The notes: generated from the letters alone by a model not told the origin. Numbered from the stretch's first letter, positions 36,923 through 49,933 are shown. The stretch: 64,000 bases of DNA from Podarcis erhardii (GCA_964252035.1 OZ176201.1), one strand, 5' to 3'. Numbers and translations: made by a program.

Positions 36923-39344
36923 TGTGCCTCCTTGCTGATTTTTGGTATTTAAGCTCTTGCTGCTATCGTAGTTGTTGCTTTAATGTTAGTGGTTCAATTG
37001 TTGATTTTATGTTTATATCTGACTTTTAATTTTGTTAGCTCCCGTGAGTGCTTTTGTTAAAGGAGAAAGGCGGTGCAGAAGCGGTTTAAAATAAATAAAA
37101 TATAACAAATGGCTGCCTCCCTGCAGCAAGCAGAATGGGATTTTGTTTAAAGGCAGCCCAGGAGATAAAAGTAATCTTGCCCACATGCATGGGAGCTGAG
37201 TGACTCACGGTCCCTCTGAGATACATGAAGGGCCCTTCCTGGCAGACATTTGCGTTGGGAAATTCACACACACTGAGATCCAGAAAGGGAATCTGGAGAT
37301 TTAATTGCAGTCTGTGGGCAAGGTTTGAAGTCGCCATTGTCTCGGTCTCTCTTCAAGAGCAGGCTGTGGTGTCATTGCAACAGCGTCTCACACTGGGATG
37401 GCTCCCCTCCTAGTTGGAAGCTTTGCAGCTCTGCTCTGCTACATAAGAATCAGGAAATTGTTTTGCTGTGTTCTTTTTAATCCACTGCTTCATAATGCCT
37501 GGTGTTGCTACTTTGCCCCTTGAGCTTTCCCTTTCCGCTTCCATTGTGTTTATTTTTAATGAGATTTTAGGTAGTAAATAAAGGACAAAAGAGAGGGATG
37601 GTCTCAAATCAATTAACCCCAGGCTTAAAAATGGCTCCAGCAGGTCAGGATTTAGGAGTGCCAGTGGCGCTGCAGGTAGAAATTGGGGGGCAGAGGCAGT
37701 AGGTGGTTGGGTGGGACTGGGCGGGGACAGGACAGGATGCTTGCAAAGTTTCAAAGTGAGGGTGAAGCTTATTGCTGTTCGCCTCTACCACTTCTTTCTA
37801 TATGCCTTCTTTAGAGTCTCTATAAGTCTCTGCATGAACCCCACATTTCTAGTCCTTATGCTGAAAGCTGTCCAAGCCTCCACTCCTGTCCCTACTCACT
37901 CCCAATGTACACTCTCTGTACAAGCCCCAAATGTTTCCAAGCCCACTTTAACTCTTTTTCTCCTTTCCATTTCTACAAAAATGGAATTCCACCTCCTTTG
38001 GGATTTTGCTTCCAGCAGCAGACACCCAGACACCTCCAGGAGCTCTAGCCGCAGCTAGCAGAGAGGAGCACCACTGATGGAGGGAAGGTGATCATCACTT
38101 TGACAGAGACCCAAGCTCTGTTTAAGCGAGTGGGAAGCTTCTCCCAGTGGGTCTCCCACAGGCTTTAAAGTCTTGAAAGACAGCATTTCAGGGCAGGGCG
38201 CTGGCAGTGTTCAAAAACTAGTCAGACGCAAGGCACATTCTGCACCTGATTATCGGCCACTTGGAACCAAGTGAAGATGTCTCGGTGCCAAGGTGGTGCC
38301 TGTCATCTCCAACATCTGGAGGTGCATGCCAGGGGATCCTTGGATCTGGACTGTGTTCACACACTAATATCACATGCTGTGGGAATAGGCCACATATATA
38401 TGTGGACTTTCCCTCAATAGAGTGACTTTTCTTCTTTAAGTTCACAAAGTTTTTAACCCAGATGAAGGTTGTCATCTGAACATTTGAAAAATAAGACTTT
38501 AGGGCTGTCTTGCTCAAAAATGGCAACTGAACATACTGTTTTGGCAATTGTAACCTTGGTTTAAGGAGCCATTTGGTGCCTAGCTTATATATCTGAATTT
38601 CTAACACTGGCACTGAGGCCTTGGATCCAGGGGATCCAATGCCCTGTAGATCTCCTGAGGCCTTCTGCTGTGCTAGCCCTGGAGCTGGCAGAGTGTAAAA
38701 TGGAAACTAAAACAACAACAACCCTGCCCCATCTCCTTCTGTCCTGACTAGCAAGAGCTAGCAGGTCTTGGGATGTGGCAGCGACTTCAGCACTCCCATC
38801 TTCTCTGGCCCTAGTTAGGATTGCTCTGTAAGGGTGCAATCCTAAGCACCCTTTACATGGGAGGAAACCAAACTGAATGACTTAGGGTTTACTTCTGAGT
38901 ATGCATGCCTACGACCGTGGGATCAGTCATGAAGGGGATGGATAGCCCCTTAACTTAATGTAATCTTGTTTGTCCCCAGCACCCAGTGCCCAAAGCTATA
39001 CTCCCAAAGAACACTAGAAAAAATAATAGTAATAGTAATTAATAAGAATAATAATGCACAAGAGATTTGGTTTAAATAACATAGGTAATAGCTGTTAAAA
39101 GAACCATCACTGGTGGATTTGTCTATATTTTTTTAAAAAAAACAATCTAAGATAATGACCACCATCACATCTTGTGTAGTGGATTTCATAAGTTAATTAT
39201 GCACTGGGTGAAGTACTTCATTTTGTCTGTCCTAATATTATGAGAGAGGAAGATGGGGGCTACTCTCTCCAAACCATTCATAATTATATAATGTCAAGTC
39301 CATGCTCAGTCATCTTTTTCTTTTTCTTTTTTAACTAAAGCAAA

Positions 39345-39485
39345 AACTAAAAAGCCCCAGACTCTTTAGCCTTTCCTCTGAGAAAGGGTATTCCAAAGCC
39401 TTGACTGATTTATTGAATTGCCACTTTCCCAGCTCTCTGATATCCTTTTCAAGATGGAGTGACCAGAATTGCACACACTGTGGCA
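39345..39485 (-). mobile_element. CR1 fragment
   Basis: Minus-strand translation includes QFWSLHLEKDIRELGK...LEYPFSEERLKSLGLFS, similar to the CR1 ORF2 C-terminus. Confidence 0.7.
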
Positions 39486-40730
39486 ACACTTTATATGGGG
39501 GCACTGGGTGCCTTCCTGCCCACATTGCTTCCTCTGCCAGAAACAGGCCTCCCTCCCTTTTCCTCTTCATCAGTCCACTTCCCGATCCTCTATCAAGTAG
39601 CTCCTCAAAACCCAGCAATGCCTTTTATTGAACCGCCTTAAGACTCCTGCCGCTTGCACACTCCAGTGCCTCTCCTCTGCTTAACTCCATTTCCACCACA
39701 GGCCTATTGGGACAGTCAGTCCCCTCAACAATTAGAATTGCATGAGGAAGAGTAGGGATGGCCCCTTCCCTTCCCTGGTTATCCTGCTCCCTAGCCCTGC
39801 TGACCTCCATGCACTGGAAGCCTAAATTACAGTGGGAGCGTCCCCAAACGCAGCACGGCTCTTCACTGCAGGCATTTGTCTTCCAATGTGTGGAGGGCAG
39901 CATGGCCAGGTGTGGGGACATGATGGGGGGGCAGCCAGCACATCCATGCTCTCTCCCTCATATACAGTGTGAATCACATGGGGGGGGGACGGGACTGAAC
40001 ACCTGAAAGCTTATTTATTTATCATATCCCTTACTTTTCTCTCACATCCCACCATCCTGCCTCACGTAGGTTATAAACGCGAAGATTATGACTGCTTACA
40101 TCCTCAGCTCACTGAAGACACTTTAAAAAAAAATGTTGTTCACTGGCAATAGCAGGAGGGCGCCAGAAGCCAGGGGCTCAGGCTTAAAATAAGGCAGGGC
40201 CAGGTCTATTTCCTTGCACGTTTCAGTTCTGCAGCCTCTCCATTTTCTGTGGCACTCATGAAGGCTGATTTTATGTTTGCTGGAACCACTGCCTGAAGGA
40301 GCGTTTCTCACTAACAGGCCGAAATGGAGCTGGGACACAACAGATGCTAAATTTCCTTGTCAGCTCGGTGGTACCATTGTTGTGGGTGATATGGTGCTAC
40401 CGCAGATTAGTTCTTGCGCCAAGAAAAGGCATTTGCTCATAGCTCATTTGCGTGGAGGCACTAGAATCATAAATCCACAGAAGACCTACAGCTCCCTGAA
40501 AGCTGGAACTGAGTGATCTGGCACTGTCTGGGAAAGGGGTGGCTGGGGGAAGGCAGGGTGGGGGGGTGGTATTCTCTTTGCTTGAAACATACTCTGCATA
40601 CAGAGTGAGGGCCAGGTAGGAAGCAGCAGCATAATGCATCTCTTAAAGTGCTCGAGTCACTCCAGATACAATCGTGCTTACCATCATTTTTCCAGTTCTT
40701 ATAATATCCTCGTTACAGAGCTCTCCAAGG

Positions 40731-40960
40731 GGAAGGGCCATAGCTCAATGCATGCAGAATGTCTGAAACCCTGGAGAGCTGCTGTCAGTCAGCACAGACA
40801 ATATTGAGCTAGATCAGCCTTTCTCAACCCCAGATGTCGTTGGACTACAACTCCCTTCATCCCTAGCTAGCAGGGCCAGTCGTCGAAGCTGCCTGGTCCA
40901 ACAACATCTGGGGACCAAGGTTAAGAAAGGCCGAGCTAGGTGGACCAGGCAGCTTCTTTT
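40731..40960 (+). mobile_element. Squam3-like SINE interrupted by a small hAT-type MITE (40815-40933)
   Basis: GGGAAGGGCCATAGCTCA...GAAACCCTGGAGAGCTGCTG...GAGCTAGAT, then the insert, then AGCTAGGTGGACC. Confidence 0.7.
40815..40933. mobile_element. Small hAT-type MITE
   Basis: TIRs CAGCCTTTCTCAACC and GGTTAAGAAAGGCCG. TSD AGCTAGAT/AGCTAGGT. Confidence 0.8.
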
Positions 40961-41300
40961 GTTCCTAAAAGAGCTACATTGGCTCCCAGTATGTTTCCAA
41001 GCACAATTCAAAGTGTTGGTGCTGACCTTTAAAGCCCTGAACAGCTTTGGCTCATTATGCCTGAAGGAGCGTCTCTGCCCCCATCATTCAGCCTGGATAC
41101 TGAGGTGCAGCTCTGAAGGCCTTCTGGCAGTTCCCTTACTGTGGGAAGTGAAGTTACGGGGGAAACAGCAAAGAGCCTTCTTGGTAGTCATGCCCGCCTT
41201 ATGGAACGTCCTCCAGTCAGATGTCAAAGAGATAATTATACCACCTTTCACAGACAACTGAAGGCAGCCCTGTATTGGTACACTTTTTAATGTGTAGTGC
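40960..41300 (+). mobile_element. L2 LINE 3' fragment
   Basis: Translates LKELHWLPVCFQAQFKVLVLTFKALN, the classic L2 ORF2 C-terminal motif. Confidence 0.85.
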
Positions 41301-41913
41301 TGGGGCGACACAGTGAGATGGGCAGGGAAGGAGGAGGAGGAGGAAGAGGAGGGCGACGACGACTAGGAGGTTTTCCTCAGCTCAGCTGATGTTCGCCAAC
41401 CTTGTGTACAGTCCTCCTTAAGCCTCAACACAGACCTTTCTACATTATTTCAAGGTCTGCTGTTCTTTGAGTGTGAGTCTGAGTCTGGGTTGACAGCACA
41501 CTGTATTATTTCTTTGAGAGGAGGCTGAAGTCAAAGGGCTCTAGATTCTCAGCAGTGCATTGTATTCCTGTCATGCCTGGGAACATAGGGAAGGCCAAGT
41601 CCACCAGCTCTCGAGAGAAACTAAAGAATGAAAAATACTTCCTGTGTCTGGCTGCTATGAGAAAGAACTCACAGAGTCCTCGCCTCTGATGCCCAGTTTA
41701 CTGGAGCGCGGAGTACATGTGTGTGAGAGACTCCTGCAGCAGGAAAGGTGTGATGGATGGCAAGGGCAAAATGTTCCGAGACAGAAAAAGAGCAAAAATG
41801 TACAAATATTAATGACTGAAACAGGGGTGGCTAACCTGGGGCCCTCCAGGTGTGGTTGGACAACAACTCCAATCATTCCTGACCCCCATCCCTGCAGCAG
41901 ACCACAGAATGAC

Positions 41914-42090
41914 AGGAGAGGGGCCACAAGCTCAGTGGCTTTCCATGCAGAAGATTCAATCCTTGCTATGTGAGCAGGGAGCAAAACCTATGCCTGAGCC
42001 CCTGGAGATCTGCTGCCAATAGAATAAAACAATCCTGTACTAGATGAATAAACAGTCTGGCATGATATAAGGTAGCTCCCTATGTTCCTA
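41914..42090 (+). mobile_element. Squam3-like SINE, diverged
   Basis: GGGCCACAAGCTCAGTGG...CTGGAGATCTGCTGCC...ATAAGGTAGCTCCCTATGTTCCT. Confidence 0.65.
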
Positions 42091-45000
42091 GATGGAAAGA
42101 AACAAAAGCCTAAATCACATTCTCTCGCCATAGCCACCCAACCACCAGGTCCTCACAAATAAGCCTACACACTCTGGGTTGCTGTGCACCACTAACAGAA
42201 ACCAGGAACCCTGCAGGACGGATTGTGGAAATGCAAACAGGTCTGTGGGATCCAAGTGACTGAACCAGGCTACGTGCTGCAAGGAGAAGCAGCTTCACCG
42301 GGGCCAACCCACAAGCCCATCTTGCTTAGGAGAAAGCTTCTTCCTAACCACAAATATGACATGGTCAGTTAGCTCCCTGGAAACTTTGGGGAGTTTCCTG
42401 AAAGGATGGCTCTAGTTCTACAATTGCAATGTTCAGGGAAAGAAGGGAGGCCTTGGGAGAAGGCATGAGCCGCGCCTGAAGCAATAACTAGATGGCAACA
42501 AACTTTCGCAGCGCAGCCTTGCAAATAATTACAGAAAAGTTACTATTATATATTCACTGAGCCGTTCTTTCTTTTTTCTAAGTCAAACAGGGCAAGCTCT
42601 TTAATCTCCCCACATAAGATAAACGATCCATTCCTGTAATCACAGCAATTGCTTACCTTTGCACTTTTTCTACTGTGAATTCATCCCTTCTTGTACATAG
42701 GTGATCAAGAAACAATATGCTGTATGTGGGCTTCACCCAGTGCCTTGTCAAAGGCCAGAAGACTCCCTTAAGCTATTCCTATTGGGCAGACCATGCCCAA
42801 ATATAGCCAACTGATGCTAGCGCCCTCTTTGCAGCTGCAACACATTTGTGGCTCTCGGTTTTCCAACACAGAGATTAATCAAGATGCATTTTGTTTTTAC
42901 GTCCCCCACCGCTGCACACAAATATTTCGAACTGTAGGGCTTGCTCTCAAACCTTAAAATTAGCATCCATTACAATGCAGCTGCCACCCCTGAAGAGCCC
43001 CTGCTTTTCCCTTCGCACAGTATCTTTCCTGATCTGACATTCCTCAAGATATCTGGCATTCCTAACCATGCAGTTTCCACGGTACCTTCAATTCTGCTCT
43101 GCCAAGTTGCCACCGGACAGTGTCAGGACACCCAGTCAGCCTCTTATCATGGAGGGGCAATCAGACATGAACCTGAGCACAGCTTCCAAGCTCAGGAAGA
43201 AGGTATGTGCAGATGGAGAGTGGCAGGTGAACACAACAACCCCTCTGAAATGGAAAGAGCCGCCTCATGCACTATTTTTTAAAATTGTGATTATATGGTG
43301 TTTCAAACAGACACTTGAAATTTTAAAAGATGAAGATGGTGATCTTGTATATCACCCAGGCACACTCACCAGCAAGCCAGGACTGGCTGTAGCTCCTTAC
43401 TTCTGAGTGTACATTCTGGCAAAGCTGGTGCTTCATTGGCGCAATGTGCGAAACAGCTCTTAAAACAGGGTCCAGAAAAGACTTACAGCATCATCCTATG
43501 AATGTTGATTGAAATGTTAAGTCCCTCTGAGTTTAATGGGGCTTACTCCCCAAGGTAAGCATGTTTAGGACAGCAGCTCTAAAGTTAATTCCAGTGAGGT
43601 GCTGGAGGCCAACTTGCACAAAAGCTCTGCTCATGAGCAATCGGTTTGCATGAGCAGTGCCATGCATGAACCGAGATGAGATCGTTGACTCACCTTCTGT
43701 GAAATGGAGAATGGCAACTTGAAATTTATCGGATAACAGAAGGAGGGGCACAGGATCATGCATACTTTCACTGTCATGGCGCACCAGCTCCAATGAGCAG
43801 ACCACTCCCTGCAAGCAAAGCTTTTGCGCAAACTGGTTCCCAACTTCTTGTTGAACCAGACATGAAAACCATTGGCAACTCTACCACATCACTGTTTCTG
43901 GATTGTACCATTTCAGGCAGCGAGTGAGGAATTGAGAATCCCCCCCCCCGATGTAAATTAAACCTTGCTGTACATGCTAAATTAATGTGTCCAAAGGAAG
44001 GCTAGAGCCTAACATGCTGAAAGGATGGGTTTTTCATTTTGCTTTGTTCTTGTTTTTTACTCATTGTTGGGTGCTTTGTTGAGTACCCATATTCCACCCC
44101 TCCATTTGCTGTCTGAAGTGGTTTAGTCCATCTTGCCTCTTAGGAAAGCCTACACAAGGGCAGCCAGTCAGGCTTCCTGAATGCATGATTGCTAGCCTTG
44201 AAAAACAAGCTACAAGTCTCCCATCCGTCTCTGGCTGACCCTTCCAGAGAATCCATTACCACTTACTGCTGGGAATTAGGGCAAGATGGCACTTGATGCA
44301 GCAGCTGTTGGTGGGGTACAGCAGTGCTGCGGGATCGCTGCTCCTCACTGGGATAGCATAGTGACGGTGAGGTCAGAGTGACACAGGTGCACCCAAGATG
44401 GCAATCCCAATGGTGTGCCCATGTTGCTCCTACCTCGCTGATGCACCTCCACACCATCCCAGTAAGCGGCAGTGTGGCCACGGTTGGGAGGCCAACTCCA
44501 CCCTACAAACCACCCTTGACCTGATGGCAGTAGATCCGTTTCTTAAAATACAGATTGCTGCCAAACACATGCAAAGTAATAGGTGCGGGAGATGATTGTT
44601 TTGAGCTGAAAAATGGCCTGGAGGGTTAGGTTGGGGGGCCCTCTGGAACAGAGCATATGTAATTCCTATTGTGCCAGCAGAACTACATGCATGGAGCACT
44701 GGATATAGCCCTCATGACTGGAAATGTGCTCTGCTTAGAGAAAAGCAACAGGGGAGGGCTGCAGGGGGAAACAGGAGTGGAGAGGAGTCAACACTACCCT
44801 CCCCCAGCTGCTCTTTCACTAAAAAACAAAAACAAAAAAAATCGCTCCCATCTCCTGAGAACTATATTTGAAGACGTAGAAACATAATTATGTCAGAATA
44901 AATCAGGTGTTAGTACGTATGATAGCATAAGGAGACATTTGTGTGGATTATTCCCCCAGAATGAGGGAGACATCATAGAACTGTCAGTCTTTGGTGGGGG

Positions 45001-45230
45001 ATCCTGGCTTGGCAACTTTGCAATTGTATTTTTAATGCCATGTATGCCTCATTATGGAGCTAAAAATAGTGCCATAATGAGAAACCAGTTGAGGCTAAGG
45101 AAAATCTCCTATTTGTAACACCTTTGCTAACAGGCTGGGAAGGAACCAAAATTACTCAATCCAAAACCCTGGAGGAAGAACCACCAATTTATTAGTAATC
45201 ACTTCTATTTGACTGTAAGCATGTAGAGCA

Positions 45231-45232
<2 letters not shown>

Positions 45233-45277
<45 letters not shown>

Positions 45278-45290
45278 TATTATTATTATT
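45233..45290 (+). repeat. (ATT)n microsatellite, one interruption
   Basis: Direct reading. Confidence 0.95.
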
Positions 45291-45439
45291 AAAAGCTCAT
45301 TCTCACAAAAACCATTTCATTTATTTACTTAAAATATTTCTGAATTGCCCTTCTTCCAAATTGATTCCAGAGTAGCATACAACAGGTGGCATACAACCAT
45401 ATGAGGGCTGTGTGCTTTTATTCCCAGTTTACGGGAACA

Positions 45440-45515
45440 GAGCCGACTGCACTGCAGGGGGTTGGACTAGGAGACTCTCTATGTCCCTTCCAACTCTACA
45501 CTTCTATGCTTCTAT
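45440..45515 (+). mobile_element. CR1 extreme 3' end
   Basis: GCAGGGGGTTGGACTAG...CCCTTCCAACTCTACACTTCTATGCTTCTATG tail. Confidence 0.7.
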
Positions 45516-46249
45516 GTGTCTAAGAGTAGATTGTCTGGTGTTTCCCAGCTGAGTTCATGCTTAAAGCATAAAAATGTCCCAAACAACCCCAGGTCCAAAC
45601 CTAGTCTCAGTTCAATAGACATCCATCAGACTTCTCCTTTCCAGGAGATTTTGGTCATGAAGGGACTTTAACCCATAAGGTGCACACTGAAGCAACACAA
45701 AAATAAATAACTCTATATCTTTCTGTCTAACTCTATATCTGTCTACCTGCACCACAATTTTAAAATTTCAAAATAATAATAACAAGGTAAACAAACAGTG
45801 CTCTGTTAATTTACTTTAAAATATGCATAACCTGCCTTTCAGTTTTAATTGGCAAGGAGGCTGTGGATAGATGACACTCGTGCCCTGTACTGCCAGGCTC
45901 ACCTAACTCAGCTTTACTATTACTCTGACCAACTGCAGTTTTCTAGACTCTTTTGCTACCTGAGATACTTTTAACCAGGTATGTCAGAGACTAGACCTGG
46001 TACCTTCTATGCCCATCACATTAAACTATATTATTCCCACTATCTCAAAGACATGGCCCAGGTGACCATTACAACAGGGGATGGTAACATGTGCCTCCAA
46101 CTCCCATCCAACCCAATCAGCAAGGCCAATGAACAGGGAATATGGCAGCTGTCAACATCTGGGGGGCCATCCCATCCCTGCACCAGGAATTCAGGTTGCG
46201 ACAACAGGGGCTGTAGCCTGTGAGAGGGAAGGAAGGTAAGCAAACCAGC

Positions 46250-46430
46250 CAAAGGAATCCCTTGTATAATATAAGGGCCGTGTAAATTAACACAAGAACC
46301 TTGAACTTGGGCCAGTATCTTATAGGCAACCTGTGCAAGTATTTAAGCACTGGAGTTAAGTGCTACTGGTAGTACGTCCCCACCAAGATTCTACTTCTGT
46401 GTCCAATACACAACCTTCAGGTGGAGATCA
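46250..46430 (-). mobile_element. L2 LINE fragment
   Basis: Translates LKYLHRLPIRYWPKFKVLVLIYTAL. Confidence 0.75.
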
Positions 46431-47566
46431 GAGGAAAGGCCTCCTGCTACCCACAATCCCACTCCCCCATCTGCAGCCACCACTCCCACCCACCTTCCCC
46501 AACTCCCCCAGAGTTTACCTACACATACCCTATAGTATTTCACAAATGCAAACGAGTATATTTTTGTGTCCATGAAACATCCCTGTTCTCCCACTAATGG
46601 CCAATTGCCTTAGTCCTACTCTGCCTTCTCATTACACATTGCTGGAGGTTTGCTTCTGCTTCCTATATGGTGTGTTCATGGACTCTGCCGTAACCTGCCT
46701 TGCCTTGGTTTCTGAAGCAGGTGTGTTAGTAAAGTGACCAGAAATAAGTACTTCCTTTTTTAAAACAACAAGAAAAAGAATCTCACAATGGTTCTTTTGC
46801 CTGTGCTTATCATGGAATACCCAAAACTCAAACGCATTGAGCAGCATTTACTCTCTTGGTATGAGATTACACCGAAGAACAGAAGGGAAGCAGTGCAGAG
46901 GAATTTTGTGCATTGACTTCAATGAAGAGAAGAATCAAGATACATTGATCCCCACTCAGATATTTAATGTCTAGAGACACAGAGAAGGGAGCTGAGAGAC
47001 CTAACAGGATTATGGTACCTGCATGCACACACTGGCTTTTTTAAAGACATCACCAACATCACTCTTGAAAGGGAAAATAAAGATTTATTTTTTTTAAGAA
47101 GGTCAGAGTTTTACCAGGGAGATGAGCTGGAATACAGAATACGGACAGCTGGTGCACAGACATAGAAACCCACAATAACTTATTGGTCCAAGCTGACTTT
47201 TACCTGGTAACATAGCACTGGGGATGCTGTTAATGCTTGGATATGCCCACAAGACCTACAAATGTATTACAGAAGCAAATTATTGACTGCTCTTGTGTAT
47301 TTGCATATTCATTTTGCCACTCTGGTTATAAAATCTAGCTGGATGTGTTTGCAAATTCCTCCCCCTGCTTCGCTTTTCAAAGAATCACCAAAATGAGGCT
47401 TCAGAAAGTATCATCCGATGATAGCTATCTTAGTGCTCTGCCAGCTGTGGGAGTATGCCCTATGAATGGTTTCTTTCAGCAAAGTGATTGATAGCTGTTT
47501 TGCCTTAGCTGTTATTAGGAATTTACATCTTTTCTTAGCTTTGCTGCTACTTAAGAACCTTTTTAA

Positions 47567-47598
47567 AACACACACACATACACACACACACACACACA
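47567..47598 (+). repeat. (CA)n microsatellite
   Basis: Direct reading, one interruption. Confidence 0.9.
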
Positions 47599-48397
47599 AT
47601 AAACTGCTTTGTTATTTCCGAGTTGTATTATCGAGTTAGCCTCTGGATACATGGGGGCTGCAACTGAAACTAGAAGGGGAATGTCCTCGTTTTGGGGAAA
47701 AGGTGAAAGAAGACTTCTGAAAAACCATTGTTGGCTCAATTTCCTAGACAGAAAAAAATAGCTATTGTCTGTGCCGGTCAAGCTGCTTTAATGACCTGCC
47801 TGATTATGCTGCACACACAATTCTGCCCTTTACAGAGACCCAGTGAGGCTTTTGAAGTACACCACTGATTTGCAGACCTACAGTAGGAAAGAGGAAGCAA
47901 AGAGCAATAGATAATTGTTCCATATGAAAGCAATGAAGCACTGGAAGAAGAAGAAGAAACAAATCGGTGCCATCATTTAATACTGTAGAATCAGACTACC
48001 TCACCGGCGCAGTGTGTGCAAAACCCTCTAAGGCTCTCGCCACGCATGCGTGGGAGTCGGCGAAAACAAGTAAGCATTGAAAAATAGCTGGCACAAATAT
48101 AACCTTACCCATAGAACCTATCATTCTTTGAAAACACTTGTATAAAATTTCACTTCTCAATAAAGGCAACAGATTTCAGTGCTTCACTCTCAAATTCAAA
48201 GGCATTTTATCAGCAGGACTAAGCTTACTCCCACTGGGGTGTTAATTCTCATAATTTTGTCATCTGGTACTTTAGTGTTCAAGCCCCACTAGCTGTGGAG
48301 AAAAGCTGGAATACTGTCATTCTGCAGGCTCAGAAACAAGGGAACAGAAATAATCTGAACAGTTGCATGATGATTATTTTTTTAAGTGTGACTGCTT

Positions 48398-48550
48398 GGA
48401 GACTATAGCTCAGTGGCACGGCACAGGCTTTTCGTGTGCCTTAGGTCCTTGGTTCACCCCTGGAACGATCTCAAGTAGCAGTGCTGGGGAAGATCTCTGC
48501 CTAAGGCGTTGTGGAGTTACTGGCAGCCTGAGTAGAGCAGAAACAGCCTG
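48398..48550 (+). mobile_element. Squam3-like SINE, old
   Basis: TATAGCTCAGTGGCA...GGTTCACCCCTGG, followed by a degenerate body. Confidence 0.55.
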
Positions 48551-48584
48551 TGTGATGCCCTCCATCCTCCTGGGAGGAGCATAG

Positions 48585-48778
48585 AGAAGAAAAAACACCA
48601 TGCTACACCTGCAGCAGCACAACCGGACGTCTTCTCCTGCCCCAGTTGCAACAAAACATGTCTCTCCCGTATCTGTCTATACAGCCACAGCAGGTGCTGT
48701 AATTCTCCAACTGTTTGACTTCAACCATCAAAGGCACACTCCTCCATCGTCTCCCGAGACAGATGAATGCCAACAAGG
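48585..48778 (+). mobile_element. RTE LINE 3' end, same subfamily as 32690-33190
   Basis: GCAGCAGCACAACCGGAC...GCAACAAAACATGTCTCTCCCGTAT...GAGACAGATGAATGCCAAC matches the reverse complement of the 32690-32900 segment. Confidence 0.75.
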
Positions 48779-48892
48779 TGGCCTCCAAAGGTGGTTGGGC
48801 TACAGCTCCCGTCATCCCTGACCACTAGCCATGTTGGCTGGGGCTCACAAGAGATGCAGTCCAACAATATCTGGAGGACATTGTCCCTGGAG

Positions 48893-49111
48893 CAGTAGGG
48901 GCTGGTGCGGTGCGGCAGAGAAGCGGAACTGCCCTCCCGAGACCAGTGTCACTGCACCCCATTTGGACGGGACTGGGGCAGCATGGATGCATTATGGGAG
49001 CAATAGATTGTGTGGCTGCCATCGTGCCCCATCCCCATCCAGGTAAGCTGTAGACACCTGTGTCAGGAGGGCAGCTCCACAGATTTGCCCGCACCGCACT
49101 GGCCATTGCTG
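48893..49111. mobile_element. Fold-back (palindromic) MITE-like element
   Basis: The two halves are imperfect reverse complements over most of the length. The terminal 23 bp match 18/23. Confidence 0.65.
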
Positions 49112-49407
49112 TTGTGGAGTACTAAGTAGATGGGCAGATGGCCAAAGTCCCTATAAGGCAACTTCATGTGAGTGACACACTTGTGGTGAGTCGGGCGGTT
49201 GTCTGTGGATCTCCTTTTGTCTGTGTGGCATGTCAAGCTGTTCTTTTCTGTGGAAAGGAAATGGGAATCGGCACCTGCTCAAAGGAAACTGGGTGGGCGC
49301 AGGCCCTTCCTTCCTGTGTGTTATCCAGTCATTCCTGGGAGTTGCCCTTCCTCTTTCTCTCTCCATGACTATACCTGTGGCAGGTGCTGGTGATGACATG
49401 CTAGCAG

Positions 49408-49933
49408 TAGGGCTGCAGCGTTTAATTGATTTAAAACTATTTTGATTGACTAAAAAGATGCCCTGATTAATCAGGCAAGTGGAGGGGGGGTTAAATTAAA
49501 AAACCACACGCAACCAACATGTTTCTTTTTAATTGAATGTAATTATAAGACATGCAGGTGAGTAGCATCACACACACACACTACACACACACACACATTT
49601 ATATATATCATCCCCGTTCCCCATACAGGAAGGAAGCAGCAGCTGACAAGACAATGGGAAGGACAAAGCAATGGGGAGCACAGCATGGTGACCGTGCAGC
49701 AGCAGGACTATTGGGTTGGCCAAGCTACCCACTGCCTTGCCCCTCTCCTTCATGGTAAGCAGCAGTGACTTATACTGTTGAGAAGCCAGGAGAACAACAC
49801 AGCCCCACACCTGCACTGCCCCACCATATACAACATATACATATATTGGGGCAATTCCTTAACTCACATGCAAATTTAACTGGTCAATCCGTGATTAATC
49901 AACTAATGTTTCCAGAAGTGGGCAACAGTCCTA
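49408..49933. mobile_element. Possible old hAT-type non-autonomous element
   Basis: TAGGGCTG ... CAGTCCTA ends with subterminal (GA)TTAATC/TTAAT motifs. No TSD found. Confidence 0.4.

Larger units (their letters stand above)
36475..37100 (+). mobile_element. L2 3' end interrupted by a small MITE and a (CCT)n tract
   Basis: AACCATCTCCTCCCATA...GAGGCCCTGCTT...GCCTTTTCAATCATGGTACCTAGCCTCTGGA, then the tail TTTTGTTAGCTCCC...AAATAAATAAAA. Confidence 0.6.
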
